NCBI GenBank assembly: GCA_964631685.1
Contig: CAZVZU010000009.1
Span: 1-64,000 of the forward strand
Length of the DNA stretch: 64,000 nt
Reading direction: 5' to 3'
Source of the DNA: an uncultured Actinomycetes bacterium
GTDB lineage: Bacteria; SZUA-79; Acidulodesulfobacterales; Acidulodesulfobacteraceae
The first letter of the stretch is position 1. Every line of letters starts with the position of its first letter. Under the pieces are notes generated by a model that searched no databases, was not told the origin of the DNA, and was given only the letters and a program-made list of their open reading frames with translations. A program made the translations under genes and the position numbers. Below are positions 31,335 to 40,754 of the stretch, one piece after another.

Positions 31335-32576
31335 TCATACAATATTTTTAGATGTTAAAATCTCGTAAAGTTTTTGCGGCGCCTCCGTAAGCGGAAGCTC
31401 CGAATCATATATTACAGCTTTAATGTTATTTTTTTTAAAGCAATCATTAAGCATCTTTAGCCCCTTCTCGTATTCAGGACCACTTCGCCTAACTACCCAT
31501 ACCAGTCCCTCTGGGAATATTCCGTCCTTTTTCATCTCTTCGATAGCAGATACAAGGCCTTCACCCAGCGTAACATCTATTCTCGTGTTACTCGCTGTTC
31601 CGCCACACACCAAAATGGCCTTCAAGCCAGGCTTTGAAAGGATAATTTTTGAAATTTTATTCATCTTTTCTGCCGGAGGGTTTCCGCCGATGTCAGTAAG
31701 GTTGGCAGGCTTTAAACCTAATGCAAAAACCGTCTCTGCAGTAATAGTCGAACCGCCACCCCCAAATGTCATAAGGCCGATATCTCCATCTAATTCAACA
31801 TAGGAACCGGCTTTCCCCCTATGATCATCCCTGTCTATTAAATGTGCCGCAACCTCTCTTTTTGTGAGAGGCCTACCCATTGCGCCTCGAGCAGTATAGA
31901 CTTTAGATGGAGCAATTCTTGCGTCATCATCTATCATGGTTACGGCATCTATAGCTAAAATCTTTTGTTTTCCAGAGTTTACCTTATCACCGGCAATTAT
32001 TAGAGGATTGACCTCTAAAAGCCTTGATTCAGAATTCCAAAACCCCTTGTACATATTCGCAATAACCTCGGAAAGCTGCCTTAATACAGCCTTGTCATCA
32101 AATCCAATCTGCAACAAATGCTCCCTCACCTTGTACGGAAAAAGTCCTACAAGAGGATCTATCTCGAAAGCAAATATTTTAGATGGGTCTTGCTCCTCGA
32201 TATCCATCCCACCCTGAAGTGAAATAGCAAAAACTGGACGCCTAGGTTTTGAAGAATATGAAAAACTCACATATATTTCCTTTATAATGAGTGCCTTTTC
32301 TTGTATAATAACGCTCACGGGTTTTTCTCCGTAAACTTCCGCCTCCATTAGTGCCAAAACATGCTCATTAGCCTCGTCTCCCGTATTGGCAAACTTGACG
32401 GCGCCAGCTTTCCCCCTTTTTCCCACAAGCACCTGAGACTTAATAACAACGTCTCCGTATTGTTCAACAAAATCAGATACATTTTGCCCAGGATGTTGAA
32501 CAACTAAGTATTTTGGGGTAGGAACGCCATACTTCTTAAATATAGTGTCGTATGTTTCGTACTCGTAAAGTTTCAT
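31335..32576 (-). CDS. ccsA: Citryl-CoA synthetase large subunit (ATP-grasp, succinyl-CoA synthetase beta-like)
   Basis: MKLYEYE, KSQVLVGKRGKAG, GGMDIE, EVNPL, FGGGGS, DIGGNP, SNTRIDVT. Differs from SucC (GNGAGL) and sits next to ccl. Confidence 0.78.
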   Translation of the reverse strand: MKLYEYETYDTIFKKYGVPTPKYLVVQHPGQNVSDFVEQYGDVVIKSQVLVGKRGKAGAVKFANTGDEANEHVLALMEAEVYGEKPVSVIIQEKALIIKEIYVSFSYSSKPRRPVFAISLQGGMDIEEQDPSKIFAFEIDPLVGLFPYKVREHLLQIGFDDKAVLRQLSEVIANMYKGFWNSESRLLEVNPLIIAGDKVNSGKQKILAIDAVTMIDDDARIAPSKVYTARGAMGRPLTKREVAAHLIDRDDHRGKAGSYVELDGDIGLMTFGGGGSTITAETVFALGLKPANLTDIGGNPPAEKMNKISKIILSKPGLKAILVCGGTASNTRIDVTLGEGLVSAIEEMKKDGIFPEGLVWVVRRSGPEYEKGLKMLNDCFKKNNIKAVIYDSELPLTEAPQKLYEILTSKNIV

Positions 32577-32600
32577 AAATAATAATCCCCTTGTTCTGTT

Positions 32601-33845
32601 TTACATATTTTCTGCAATTCTTTCAGCAAATTGCGAACATTTAACCTTTATAGAACCATCCATCTGCCTTGCAAGATCATAGGTAACATATTTCTGTTCT
32701 ATTGTCTTGTTAAGCCCTTCTTCGACGCGGTCAGCAGCCTCGTTCCAACCCATATGTTTTAACATCATCACAGCCGATAAAATCAACGAAGACGGATTCG
32801 CCTTATCTTGATTTGTATATTTAGGAGCACTTCCGTGCGTTGCTTCAAAAACGGCTATCGTATCGGACATATTAGCACCCGGCGCCATGCCAAGCCCGCC
32901 TACTTGGGCGGCTAAAGCGTCAGACATATAATCACCGTTAAGATTAGGTAAGGCTAAGACAGAATATTCGTCGGGACGCAAGAGTCCTTGTTGAAACATG
33001 GAATCGGCAATCCTGTCTTTTATTATTATTTTGTCCGTAGGACCGGTAACATCGCTTTCAAAAACCACCTTATCACCGAACTCGGACTTTGCAATTTCAT
33101 AGCCCCAATCCTTGAACGCTCCTTCGGTATATTTCATGATATTGCCCTTATGAACTAAGGTAACATTAGATTTATTATTGTCTATAGCATACTGAATAGC
33201 CTTCTTAACAAGTCTTTGTGATGCGAAACGCCCCATCGGTTTTATTCCTATAGCAGCATCATCTCTGATTTTTCCTTTTACATTAGGATCTAAATCTATC
33301 AAAAAATTTCTGAGTTTTTTTACCTCTTCACTACCTGACATAAATTCTATGCCGGCATAAATATCTTCTGTGTTTTCCCTATATATAACCATATCTACTT
33401 TTTCAGGATGTTTGACCGGCGAAGGTATTCCTTTATAATATTTTACCGGCCTGACACAAGCGAAAAGATCAAGCTTCTGACGAATAGTCACATTTAATGA
33501 TCTAAATCCCCCGCCTATCGGTGTGGTCAACGGACCTTTAATACTTACGGCATATTCCTTAAGTGCCATCAATGTATCCTCAGGCAGATACTGTCCTTCT
33601 CCATATTTTCCAATCGACTTCTCGCCCGCATAAATCTCAAACCAATTAATATTTTTTTTACCGCCGTAGGTTTTTTTAACAGCCGCATTAATTACGATAC
33701 GCATAGCTCTGGTCAAATCTGCCCCGATCCCGTCACCTTCGATAAAAGGGATAATAGGGTCATCTGGAACTTCAAACTTGTTTGGTCCTAAAACCTTAAT
33801 CTTCGAACCCTCTTTGGGTTCCTTAATCTTTTGATATGATGCCAC
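32601..33845 (-). CDS. icd: Isocitrate dehydrogenase, dimeric prokaryotic type, probably NADP-dependent
   Basis: [55 protein letters not shown]. Confidence 0.97.
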   Translation of the reverse strand: MASYQKIKEPKEGSKIKVLGPNKFEVPDDPIIPFIEGDGIGADLTRAMRIVINAAVKKTYGGKKNINWFEIYAGEKSIGKYGEGQYLPEDTLMALKEYAVSIKGPLTTPIGGGFRSLNVTIRQKLDLFACVRPVKYYKGIPSPVKHPEKVDMVIYRENTEDIYAGIEFMSGSEEVKKLRNFLIDLDPNVKGKIRDDAAIGIKPMGRFASQRLVKKAIQYAIDNNKSNVTLVHKGNIMKYTEGAFKDWGYEIAKSEFGDKVVFESDVTGPTDKIIIKDRIADSMFQQGLLRPDEYSVLALPNLNGDYMSDALAAQVGGLGMAPGANMSDTIAVFEATHGSAPKYTNQDKANPSSLILSAVMMLKHMGWNEAADRVEEGLNKTIEQKYVTYDLARQMDGSIKVKCSQFAERIAENM

Positions 33846-33907
33846 GAACTACCTCCTCGTAATCCACCTAAGTTAATGTTGAAAGAATCAAAATTTAAAC
33901 TCCGGAT

Positions 33908-33936
33908 ATTATAGTAAAACATCTTTTTAAAATCAA
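33908..33936 (-). promoter_or_regulatory. Sigma70-type promoter of the icd-ccsAB-ccl-glpX run
   Basis: TTGATT-17nt-TATAAT. Confidence 0.65.
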
Positions 33937-33978
33937 GTAAAAAGTAAAATTACTTAGTTTATATGAATAGAGACAGCT

Positions 33979-35214
33979 CTATTTGAACTCTTCAAATGAA
34001 TTCACGAAGGCACTAAACAATAATGGGCCGGAAGAGAAAAATAGACCACTGCTTTGCGCCATGACTTCAGAATAAGCATTAGAACAATATTTACTTTTTG
34101 TGCCCTTCATCGCTGTCGAATATCCACAAAACGGCACCGGCTCAGGCGTATGTTTTTTAAGTTCTACGCGGTTATAATGATCGGGCGATATCATTATAGT
34201 GTATTCATTATATTTCTTAAGGCCTTCAACAACCCCGCCAACAATAAATTTATCGAAATCCTCTATAGCTTTTATTTTATTTGATATATTTCCCTCGTGA
34301 GATGCCTCATCGGGGGCTTCGACATGTATATAGACAAAATCACCTGATTTTAACGACTCCATGCCATGAATGACCTTACCCTTGTAATCGGTATCAAGAT
34401 ATCCCGTCGCTCCCGGAACATTCACGACATCAAGCCCTGCATATTTTCCGATACCTTTTACTAAATCTACAGCAGAGATAACCGAACCGTCTATGCCATA
34501 AATCTCCTTCATAGGCGGCATAGACGGTTTATATCCCTGCCCCCACAACCATATGGAATTTGCGGGTAATTTACCCATCTGTATCCTTTTTAAATTTTCG
34601 GGGTGATTATTAAGGATAACGCCCGCTTTTTCCATAATATCCAATATTTCCTTGCTACCGGTACCATACGGAAGATACTCGGCAATGTTTAAGTCTGGTA
34701 TATCATGTGGAGCAACCGTATTTAACCCATCTACATTTATATTGCGCACTGTCATTAAGTGTCTATAACTAACGCCGGGATAGAAATTAACCCTATCATT
34801 CCCTAATTCCTTTTGAAATGTTTGCATTATTTTAGCGGCGCTCTCCGTATCTATATGACCGCCCGAGTAATCTTTCATTATCTTATTGCCTTTCTCTTCC
34901 GATATATTGACAAAATTAAGCCTGAATGCAACATCCTCTGCCCCAAGCTTAACCCCCATACTCGCCGCCTCTAACGGTGACCTTCCTGTATAATATTTGA
35001 CCGGATCGTATCCCAATATAGACATTGAGCCTATATCACTCCCAGGCAGACAGCTGTCGGGAATAGTTTTTATCAGACCGGTAACCCCATTGCTTGCAAT
35101 ATTATCCAGATTCGGGGTATCGGCAGACTCCATGGGGGATTTCCCGCCAAGCTCTCTTAGCGGAAAATCCGCCATGCCGTCTGGGCATAAAATAACATAC
35201 TTATGATTATTCAT
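33979..35214 (-). CDS. apgM: Cofactor-independent phosphoglycerate mutase family protein (ApgM type)
   Basis: DGMAD, TPNLD, PGSD, GRSPLEA, GVSYRH, GATG..DT, HVEAPDEASH, PDH. Confidence 0.9.
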   Translation of the reverse strand: MNNHKYVILCPDGMADFPLRELGGKSPMESADTPNLDNIASNGVTGLIKTIPDSCLPGSDIGSMSILGYDPVKYYTGRSPLEAASMGVKLGAEDVAFRLNFVNISEEKGNKIMKDYSGGHIDTESAAKIMQTFQKELGNDRVNFYPGVSYRHLMTVRNINVDGLNTVAPHDIPDLNIAEYLPYGTGSKEILDIMEKAGVILNNHPENLKRIQMGKLPANSIWLWGQGYKPSMPPMKEIYGIDGSVISAVDLVKGIGKYAGLDVVNVPGATGYLDTDYKGKVIHGMESLKSGDFVYIHVEAPDEASHEGNISNKIKAIEDFDKFIVGGVVEGLKKYNEYTIMISPDHYNRVELKKHTPEPVPFCGYSTAMKGTKSKYCSNAYSEVMAQSSGLFFSSGPLLFSAFVNSFEEFK

Positions 35215-35268
35215 ATGTATAAAATAATCCTCCCAATAATTTTATGGTTTATAATTGTAATTTACGGC

Positions 35269-36336
35269 TCAGGCTAATCCCATGACCTTTAACACGGAAC
35301 GCTTGTCACAACTGACAACAAGCGGTTCTTTAGAAACCTTTATCGCATTTCCGGGATCCTTAAGTCCGTGACCCGTCAGCGTCAGGACGCAAACATCACC
35401 TTTATTAAAAAAATCTCTGTTATTTAATTTAATAAGCCCTGCGAGCGTTATAGCAGAAGCCGGTTCACAAAATACACCTTCACTTGAAGCCAACATAGAA
35501 TAAGCCTTTAATATCTCTTCGTCACTGACAGCTTCTATTACACCTCCAGAATTGTCTCTCGCGGCGACGGCTTTTTGCCAGCTTGCAGGATTACCTATTC
35601 TTATAGCGGTTGCAACAGTGTGGGGCTCTTTAACTATATGATCTAAAACTATCGGCGCAGCACCCTCTGCCTGAAAACCAAGCATTTTAGGTAGATTGTC
35701 TACCTTCCCCGCTTTAAAATATTCATTATATCCGTTCCAATATGCGGTTATATTTCCGGCATTTCCAACGGGAAGAATATGGTAATCTGGGGCGAAACCA
35801 AGCTCATCAATAATCTCAAAGCTGGCGGTCTTCTGACCCTCAAGCCTATATGGATTTACTGAATTAACAAGCGTAACATCATATTCGCTTGCAATTTCTC
35901 TTGTAATAACCAGAGCCTCATCAAAATTACCCTGTATCTGTATAACAATAGAGCCGTGGGCAAGTGCCTGAGAAAGCTTACCAGAAGCAATCTTTCCTTC
36001 CGGAATCAGGACGAACGACTTTATACCGGCCCTTGCGGCATAAGCAGAGGCGGAAGCGGAAGTGTTTCCCGTAGAAGCGCAAATAACGGCCCTAGAGCCT
36101 TCTGACACAGCCTTGGAGACGGCCATAGTCATGCCCCTATCCTTAAACGAACCGGTCGGATTTAATCCCTCATACTTGAAATATATTTTTAAATCAGGAT
36201 TTATAAGTTTATAAATGTTTCTTGACTTTATTAAAGGGGTATTGCCTTCCAAAATGGTAATAATATGCTTGTTGTCTATTTCGGGCAAAAACTCCCTATA
36301 TCTTTTTATTATCCCATCATAACTCGGCACTATCAA
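35269..36336 (-). CDS. thrC: Threonine synthase
   Basis: EGNTPL, NPTGSFKDRG, CASTGNTSAS, PVGNAGN, EPASA, TGHGLKD. Confidence 0.97.
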   Translation of the reverse strand: MIVPSYDGIIKRYREFLPEIDNKHIITILEGNTPLIKSRNIYKLINPDLKIYFKYEGLNPTGSFKDRGMTMAVSKAVSEGSRAVICASTGNTSASASAYAARAGIKSFVLIPEGKIASGKLSQALAHGSIVIQIQGNFDEALVITREIASEYDVTLVNSVNPYRLEGQKTASFEIIDELGFAPDYHILPVGNAGNITAYWNGYNEYFKAGKVDNLPKMLGFQAEGAAPIVLDHIVKEPHTVATAIRIGNPASWQKAVAARDNSGGVIEAVSDEEILKAYSMLASSEGVFCEPASAITLAGLIKLNNRDFFNKGDVCVLTLTGHGLKDPGNAIKVSKEPLVVSCDKRSVLKVMGLA

Positions 36337-36397
36337 GATTCCTCCACTTTTTTACACATCCCTCGTAACTCTTATACCTATGATCAAAAAATAAAAG

Positions 36398-37699
36398 CTA
36401 GTTGACACTGTCCTCTATCCTTAAAACAACGGTTTTTGCGGAAACCGCATCAAGTTTATCACACAATCTTACGCTTTCAAACAAGTCTTCTTCATTGGCA
36501 TCATGAGTTGTGATAACTATTGGAACAGAGCCTTCCACCTTTCTGCCCTTTTGGATCATAGAACTTATACTGATAGAATTTTCACCCAATATGCCGGATA
36601 TCTTTGATAGAACACCGGGCTTATCCATAGCCGAAAATCTAAGATAGTACCTTGAAATTATCTCATCTTTGCGTCTGACTTTAAGTCTATTAATATTTTC
36701 CGGAACGACAAAATTAGGATGATTATCCTTGTTAATAATTTTACCGGCTATCTCCATTAAATCCCCCATTACAGCGCTTGCAGTATGATTACCACCTGCG
36801 CCATACCCTATGAGACTTAAATTACCAGCATATTTTGCGTTTAGGAAGAATGCGTTCAACACGCCGTCAACATTCGCCAATAGGCTTGAAGACGGAATGA
36901 GAGTGGGATGAACCCTTATCTCCACTCTAGAATCCTCATTTTTGATTATGCCGAGAAGTTTTATTGTATAACCAAGCTCTTTAGAAAAGTTAATATCCAA
37001 AGGGCTTATATCTTTTACGCCCTCCATTATAACATCTTTCATGGATAAACTCTTGGAAAAAATAAGCCTGCCTAAAATAACAAGCTTATGAGCACTGTCT
37101 ACACCGTTTATATCCAGCAAAGGGTCTGCCTCGGCATACCCTTTTTCTTGTGCTCTTTTTAAAACATCCTCAAATTTTCCTCCGTCTTTTGTCATTTTTG
37201 AAAGAATAAAATTAGATGTTCCATTAATTATGGAATAAACTGACTTTATATAATCCCCAGAGAGACCGTCTTTTACCGCTCTTAAAATAGGTATTCCGCC
37301 CCCGACCGCCGCTTCAAATCCCATATGAACATTCTTATCTACACACCGGCTAAATATTTCTTCGCCATGTTCTGCCAAAAGAGCCTTATTTGCTGTAATA
37401 ATATTTTTTTTGTTACCTATTGCCCTTATTATGAAATCTTTGGCCGGATTAATGCCGCCCATCAGCTCTATGACGATATCTATGTCCTTATCTTCCAATA
37501 TCTCGTCTATATTTTTGACCAATAATCCTTTTATATTCTCGGGAACAGGATGATTGCTTCCCCTTGTAAATATTTTGCTTATATTGACGGGGGCAGAAAA
37601 AAGAGAATCAATTCTTTTTTTTCGTTCACTAAATATATGATATAAACTTGAAGCAACCGTTCCGAAACCTAAAAGCCCTATGTTAATCCCTTTTTTCAT
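36398..37699 (-). CDS. hom: Homoserine dehydrogenase with ACT domain
   Basis: GFGTV, TANKA, EAAVGGGIP, NGTSNFIL, GYAEADP, DKPGVL. Confidence 0.97.
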   Translation of the reverse strand: MKKGINIGLLGFGTVASSLYHIFSERKKRIDSLFSAPVNISKIFTRGSNHPVPENIKGLLVKNIDEILEDKDIDIVIELMGGINPAKDFIIRAIGNKKNIITANKALLAEHGEEIFSRCVDKNVHMGFEAAVGGGIPILRAVKDGLSGDYIKSVYSIINGTSNFILSKMTKDGGKFEDVLKRAQEKGYAEADPLLDINGVDSAHKLVILGRLIFSKSLSMKDVIMEGVKDISPLDINFSKELGYTIKLLGIIKNEDSRVEIRVHPTLIPSSSLLANVDGVLNAFFLNAKYAGNLSLIGYGAGGNHTASAVMGDLMEIAGKIINKDNHPNFVVPENINRLKVRRKDEIISRYYLRFSAMDKPGVLSKISGILGENSISISSMIQKGRKVEGSVPIVITTHDANEEDLFESVRLCDKLDAVSAKTVVLRIEDSVN

Positions 37700-37705
37700 A
37701 TTTAT

Positions 37706-38917
37706 TTATAACTCCTTATTAAAGTATTCTTCATCATGGATGAAGCGTTTCACTCCCTTAGATGCTTGCTTTATGCGCATTTCATTCTCGACTAACGCAA
37801 GACGGACATATTCATCGCCATATTCACCAAATCCGATACCCGGAGAAACGGCTACCTTTGCCTTATCTAATAACAATTCAGAAAATTTGAGCGACCTGAT
37901 TCCAGCATTCAAAAACTGTTCCGGTATCTTTCCCCAAACAAACATCGTTGCCTTCGGATGCTCAATGCTCCATCCTGCCTTTTCAAAGCTTTTTATTAAA
38001 ACATCCCTTCTTTTTTTATAGTGCAAAACCATTTCGGAAATTGCATCATGCTTCATTTCTTCGTTTAAAGCAATAATGGAAGCTATCTGGATAGGCTGAA
38101 ACATTCCATAATCAAGATAGCTCTTAATCCTCGAAAGCGCATTTATTAAAAACTTATTGCCTATGGCATATCCAACCCTAAAACCTGCCATGCTGTAGCT
38201 TTTGGACATTGAAAAAAACTCCACCCCAACATCTTTGGCACCTTTAGCCTGCAAAAAACTTGGGGACTTATAACCGTCAAATGTTAGATCGGCGTATGCA
38301 TTATCATGGATTATATATATACCATTATCCTTTGCAAAATCAACTAATTTTTCAAAAAAATCTAATTCCACAGTTATGGTTGTCGGATTGTGTGGAAAAT
38401 TCAGTATTATAACCTTAGGCTTGGTGCGCGTCTGTTTTAGCGCCGTCATAAGATTTTCAAAAAAATCCTCTCCCTGAACAAGCGGCACACTTTTTACCTC
38501 TCCACCTGCAATAACAACACTGTAAGCATGAATAGGATAAGTCGGACTCGGTACAAGAGCGATATCCCCCTTGTCTATAATTGCAAGCATTAAATGGCTT
38601 AATCCCTCTTTTATACCCATAGTAACTATAGCTTCACTGTCAGGATCAATATCCACATTATAATTTCTTTTATACATACTGGCTATGGCAAGCCTAAGCT
38701 TATAAATCCCGCGAGATACAGAGTATCTGTGATTCTTAGGATTTTTAGACGCCTCCACCAATTTTTTTATTATGTAATTAGGAGTGGGTGAATCTGGATT
38801 ACCCATTCCTAAATCTATGATATCGTCTCCACGTTTTCTAGCCTCCATTTTCAGCTTGTTAACTTCCGCAAAAACATAAGGAGGAAGCCTTTTAATGGTT
38901 TCGAAATCTTCTATCAT
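37706..38917 (-). CDS. alaC: PLP-dependent class I/II aminotransferase, AlaC-like
   Basis: [48 protein letters not shown]. Confidence 0.8.
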   Translation of the reverse strand: MIEDFETIKRLPPYVFAEVNKLKMEARKRGDDIIDLGMGNPDSPTPNYIIKKLVEASKNPKNHRYSVSRGIYKLRLAIASMYKRNYNVDIDPDSEAIVTMGIKEGLSHLMLAIIDKGDIALVPSPTYPIHAYSVVIAGGEVKSVPLVQGEDFFENLMTALKQTRTKPKVIILNFPHNPTTITVELDFFEKLVDFAKDNGIYIIHDNAYADLTFDGYKSPSFLQAKGAKDVGVEFFSMSKSYSMAGFRVGYAIGNKFLINALSRIKSYLDYGMFQPIQIASIIALNEEMKHDAISEMVLHYKKRRDVLIKSFEKAGWSIEHPKATMFVWGKIPEQFLNAGIRSLKFSELLLDKAKVAVSPGIGFGEYGDEYVRLALVENEMRIKQASKGVKRFIHDEEYFNKEL

Positions 38918-39067
38918 TACAATACTCCTCTATTTGTAGATCCCCATCACCCCTGCCTGCGCCGGAAACATGCTTTGATAAACATATACGCAACCATAGG
39001 CAGAAACAATATATTAATTTTTGAAACATCTTAACAGTTCTTGCCGGCAACCTTGGATCTAACCCGT

Positions 39068-39943
39068 TTAACCCACCGAAGCATGCTTGAATAATTTCTC
39101 AGCACCAAAAGAACTTCTAACGAGCGGGGCAGAAAAGACATTTTCAATCCCTGCTTGTTTTGCATAATTTTTATATTCAATAAATTTCTTTAAAGGAACG
39201 AACCTTTGAACAGGTATGTTTTGAAGAGACGGTCTTAAATACTGCCCAATGGTGAGAAAATCAACTCCGCTTACCGCAAGGTCATTTATTGTCTTAAGGA
39301 CCTCATCGTCGCTTTCGCCAAGACCAACCATAATTCCGGATTTTGTAATGATGTCCGGTCGTTTTTTCTTTATGTTTTTTAATATATCCAGAGACCGTCC
39401 ATAAGAACTTGATGGCCTAATCTTCCCATACAATCTGCGGACTGTTTCTATGTTGTGGCCAAAAATACTTATCCCGCTGTCCGCAACATCCATAATCGCT
39501 CTCTCATTGCCGTTAAAATCGGATGTCAAAACCTCAACGGTTGAACAATTGCAGTCTTTCTTGATCGCATTAACCGTTTTAACGATTATATCTGCCCCGC
39601 CGTCGTCTAAATCATCTCTTGTAACCATTGTAATTACAGCATGTCTTAGTCCAAACGATTTTACTGCATAGGCTATTCTCTGCGGTTCCGAGAGATCTAA
39701 GGAAGAATACCCTTCAATATGGCCTATATTACAAAAGGGACACTTTCTCGTGCATTTATCCCCAAGCAATAAAAAAGTAGCTGTTTTATTTGAAAAACAA
39801 AGGCTAAGGTTGGGACATCTCGAAGAAGAACAAACGGTATTAAGATTCTTTTCCTTAATTATTCTAGATATCTTCGAAATATCTTTTTTGGTCTTTATTC
39901 TTAGAATCTCATTTCTTAAATAGTCAGGAAGCCTATTATCCAC
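39068..39943 (-). CDS. lipA: Lipoyl synthase
   Basis: CX4CX5C (CSSSRCPNLSLC), CTRKCPFC, RDDL.DGG, HNIETV, GQYLRP, RSS. Confidence 0.95.
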   Translation of the reverse strand: MDNRLPDYLRNEILRIKTKKDISKISRIIKEKNLNTVCSSSRCPNLSLCFSNKTATFLLLGDKCTRKCPFCNIGHIEGYSSLDLSEPQRIAYAVKSFGLRHAVITMVTRDDLDDGGADIIVKTVNAIKKDCNCSTVEVLTSDFNGNERAIMDVADSGISIFGHNIETVRRLYGKIRPSSSYGRSLDILKNIKKKRPDIITKSGIMVGLGESDDEVLKTINDLAVSGVDFLTIGQYLRPSLQNIPVQRFVPLKKFIEYKNYAKQAGIENVFSAPLVRSSFGAEKLFKHASVG

Positions 39944-40057
39944 TTTATAAAAAAAAATAAATAAATTTGTTAAACTAGAATTATAATATATGTGTAGGGT
40001 AAATGTCTAATTGTTTATATCATAATATCCAAATAAATTTCAATTATTATTTTGTTT

Positions 40058-40519
40058 ATGGAAAATTATAAAGACTTTCAATACATGAAATTAGCATTAA
40101 AGGAAGCTACTAATGCTTATGATTGCAATGAAGTACCGGTTGGCGCCATTATTGTTAAGGACGATAGAATAATTGCATCATCTTTTAATTCTATGGAAAA
40201 GGGTAAGTCATGTATCATGCATGCAGAAATAAGGGTAATCTTAGAAGCACAAAAAAAACTTGATAATTGGAGACTTACCGATTGTTCTCTGTATGTAACC
40301 CTTGAGCCCTGTCTTATGTGTTGCGGCGCTATGATTTTGTCAAGAATAAAAAGATTAATCTATGGCGCAAAAGATCCCAAGACGGGAGCAGTAAATTCGC
40401 TTTACAGCACCCTTAACGACAAAAGGCTTAACCATAATGTCGATGTATTATCAGGCATAATGGAATTAGAATCGTCTCGCCTATTGAAAGGCTTTTTTAA
40501 GGGCAAGAGATGTAACTAG
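40058..40519 (+). CDS. tadA: tRNA-specific adenosine deaminase
   Basis: EVPVGA, HAE, TLEPCLMC, GAKDPK, LNH. Confidence 0.92.
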   Translation: MENYKDFQYMKLALKEATNAYDCNEVPVGAIIVKDDRIIASSFNSMEKGKSCIMHAEIRVILEAQKKLDNWRLTDCSLYVTLEPCLMCCGAMILSRIKRLIYGAKDPKTGAVNSLYSTLNDKRLNHNVDVLSGIMELESSRLLKGFFKGKRCN

Positions 40520-40722
40520 TGAACTCTGGAAAAACCTATGATCACCATGATAATCATTATAAGTATATATACCCTTAAAAGCCAAAATGTAATTTTTAAC
40601 CAACCACTCAACTCTGCCCTTTTAAGTGGAATTTTATTGTAATCTACAAGCCCTTCATTCTTGACAAACTCATCCCAGTCTTCATCTAGATTAACTTTTT
40701 TTGTAATCTTACTTGTGTTCAT
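40516..40722 (-). CDS. Small single-TM protein downstream of the NRAMP-related transporter
   Basis: GGAGG before ATG 40722; C-terminal hydrophobic helix FWLLRVYILIMIIMVIIGF; short gap after the transporter stop. Confidence 0.75.
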   Translation of the reverse strand: MNTSKITKKVNLDEDWDEFVKNEGLVDYNKIPLKRAELSGWLKITFWLLRVYILIMIIMVIIGFSRVH

Positions 40723-40754
40723 ATTGCCTCCGTTCATTAAAGCTTACAATAAAA

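Noticed and set aside
30324..32576. Annotation as ordinary succinyl-CoA synthetase sucCD
   Set aside because: Lacks typical SucC/SucD motifs (GNGAGL, GPNCPG) and is linked to a citryl-CoA lyase.
39041..39066. CCGGCAACC resembling a SAM-I riboswitch core
   Set aside because: Wrong strand for the downstream operon, and the AUCxAGAG, kink-turn and GGUGC elements are missing.
39068..39943. lipA as part of a lipoate-dependent sHdr sulfur oxidation system
   Set aside because: No sHdr or LbpA genes in the window; it looks like a housekeeping LipA.
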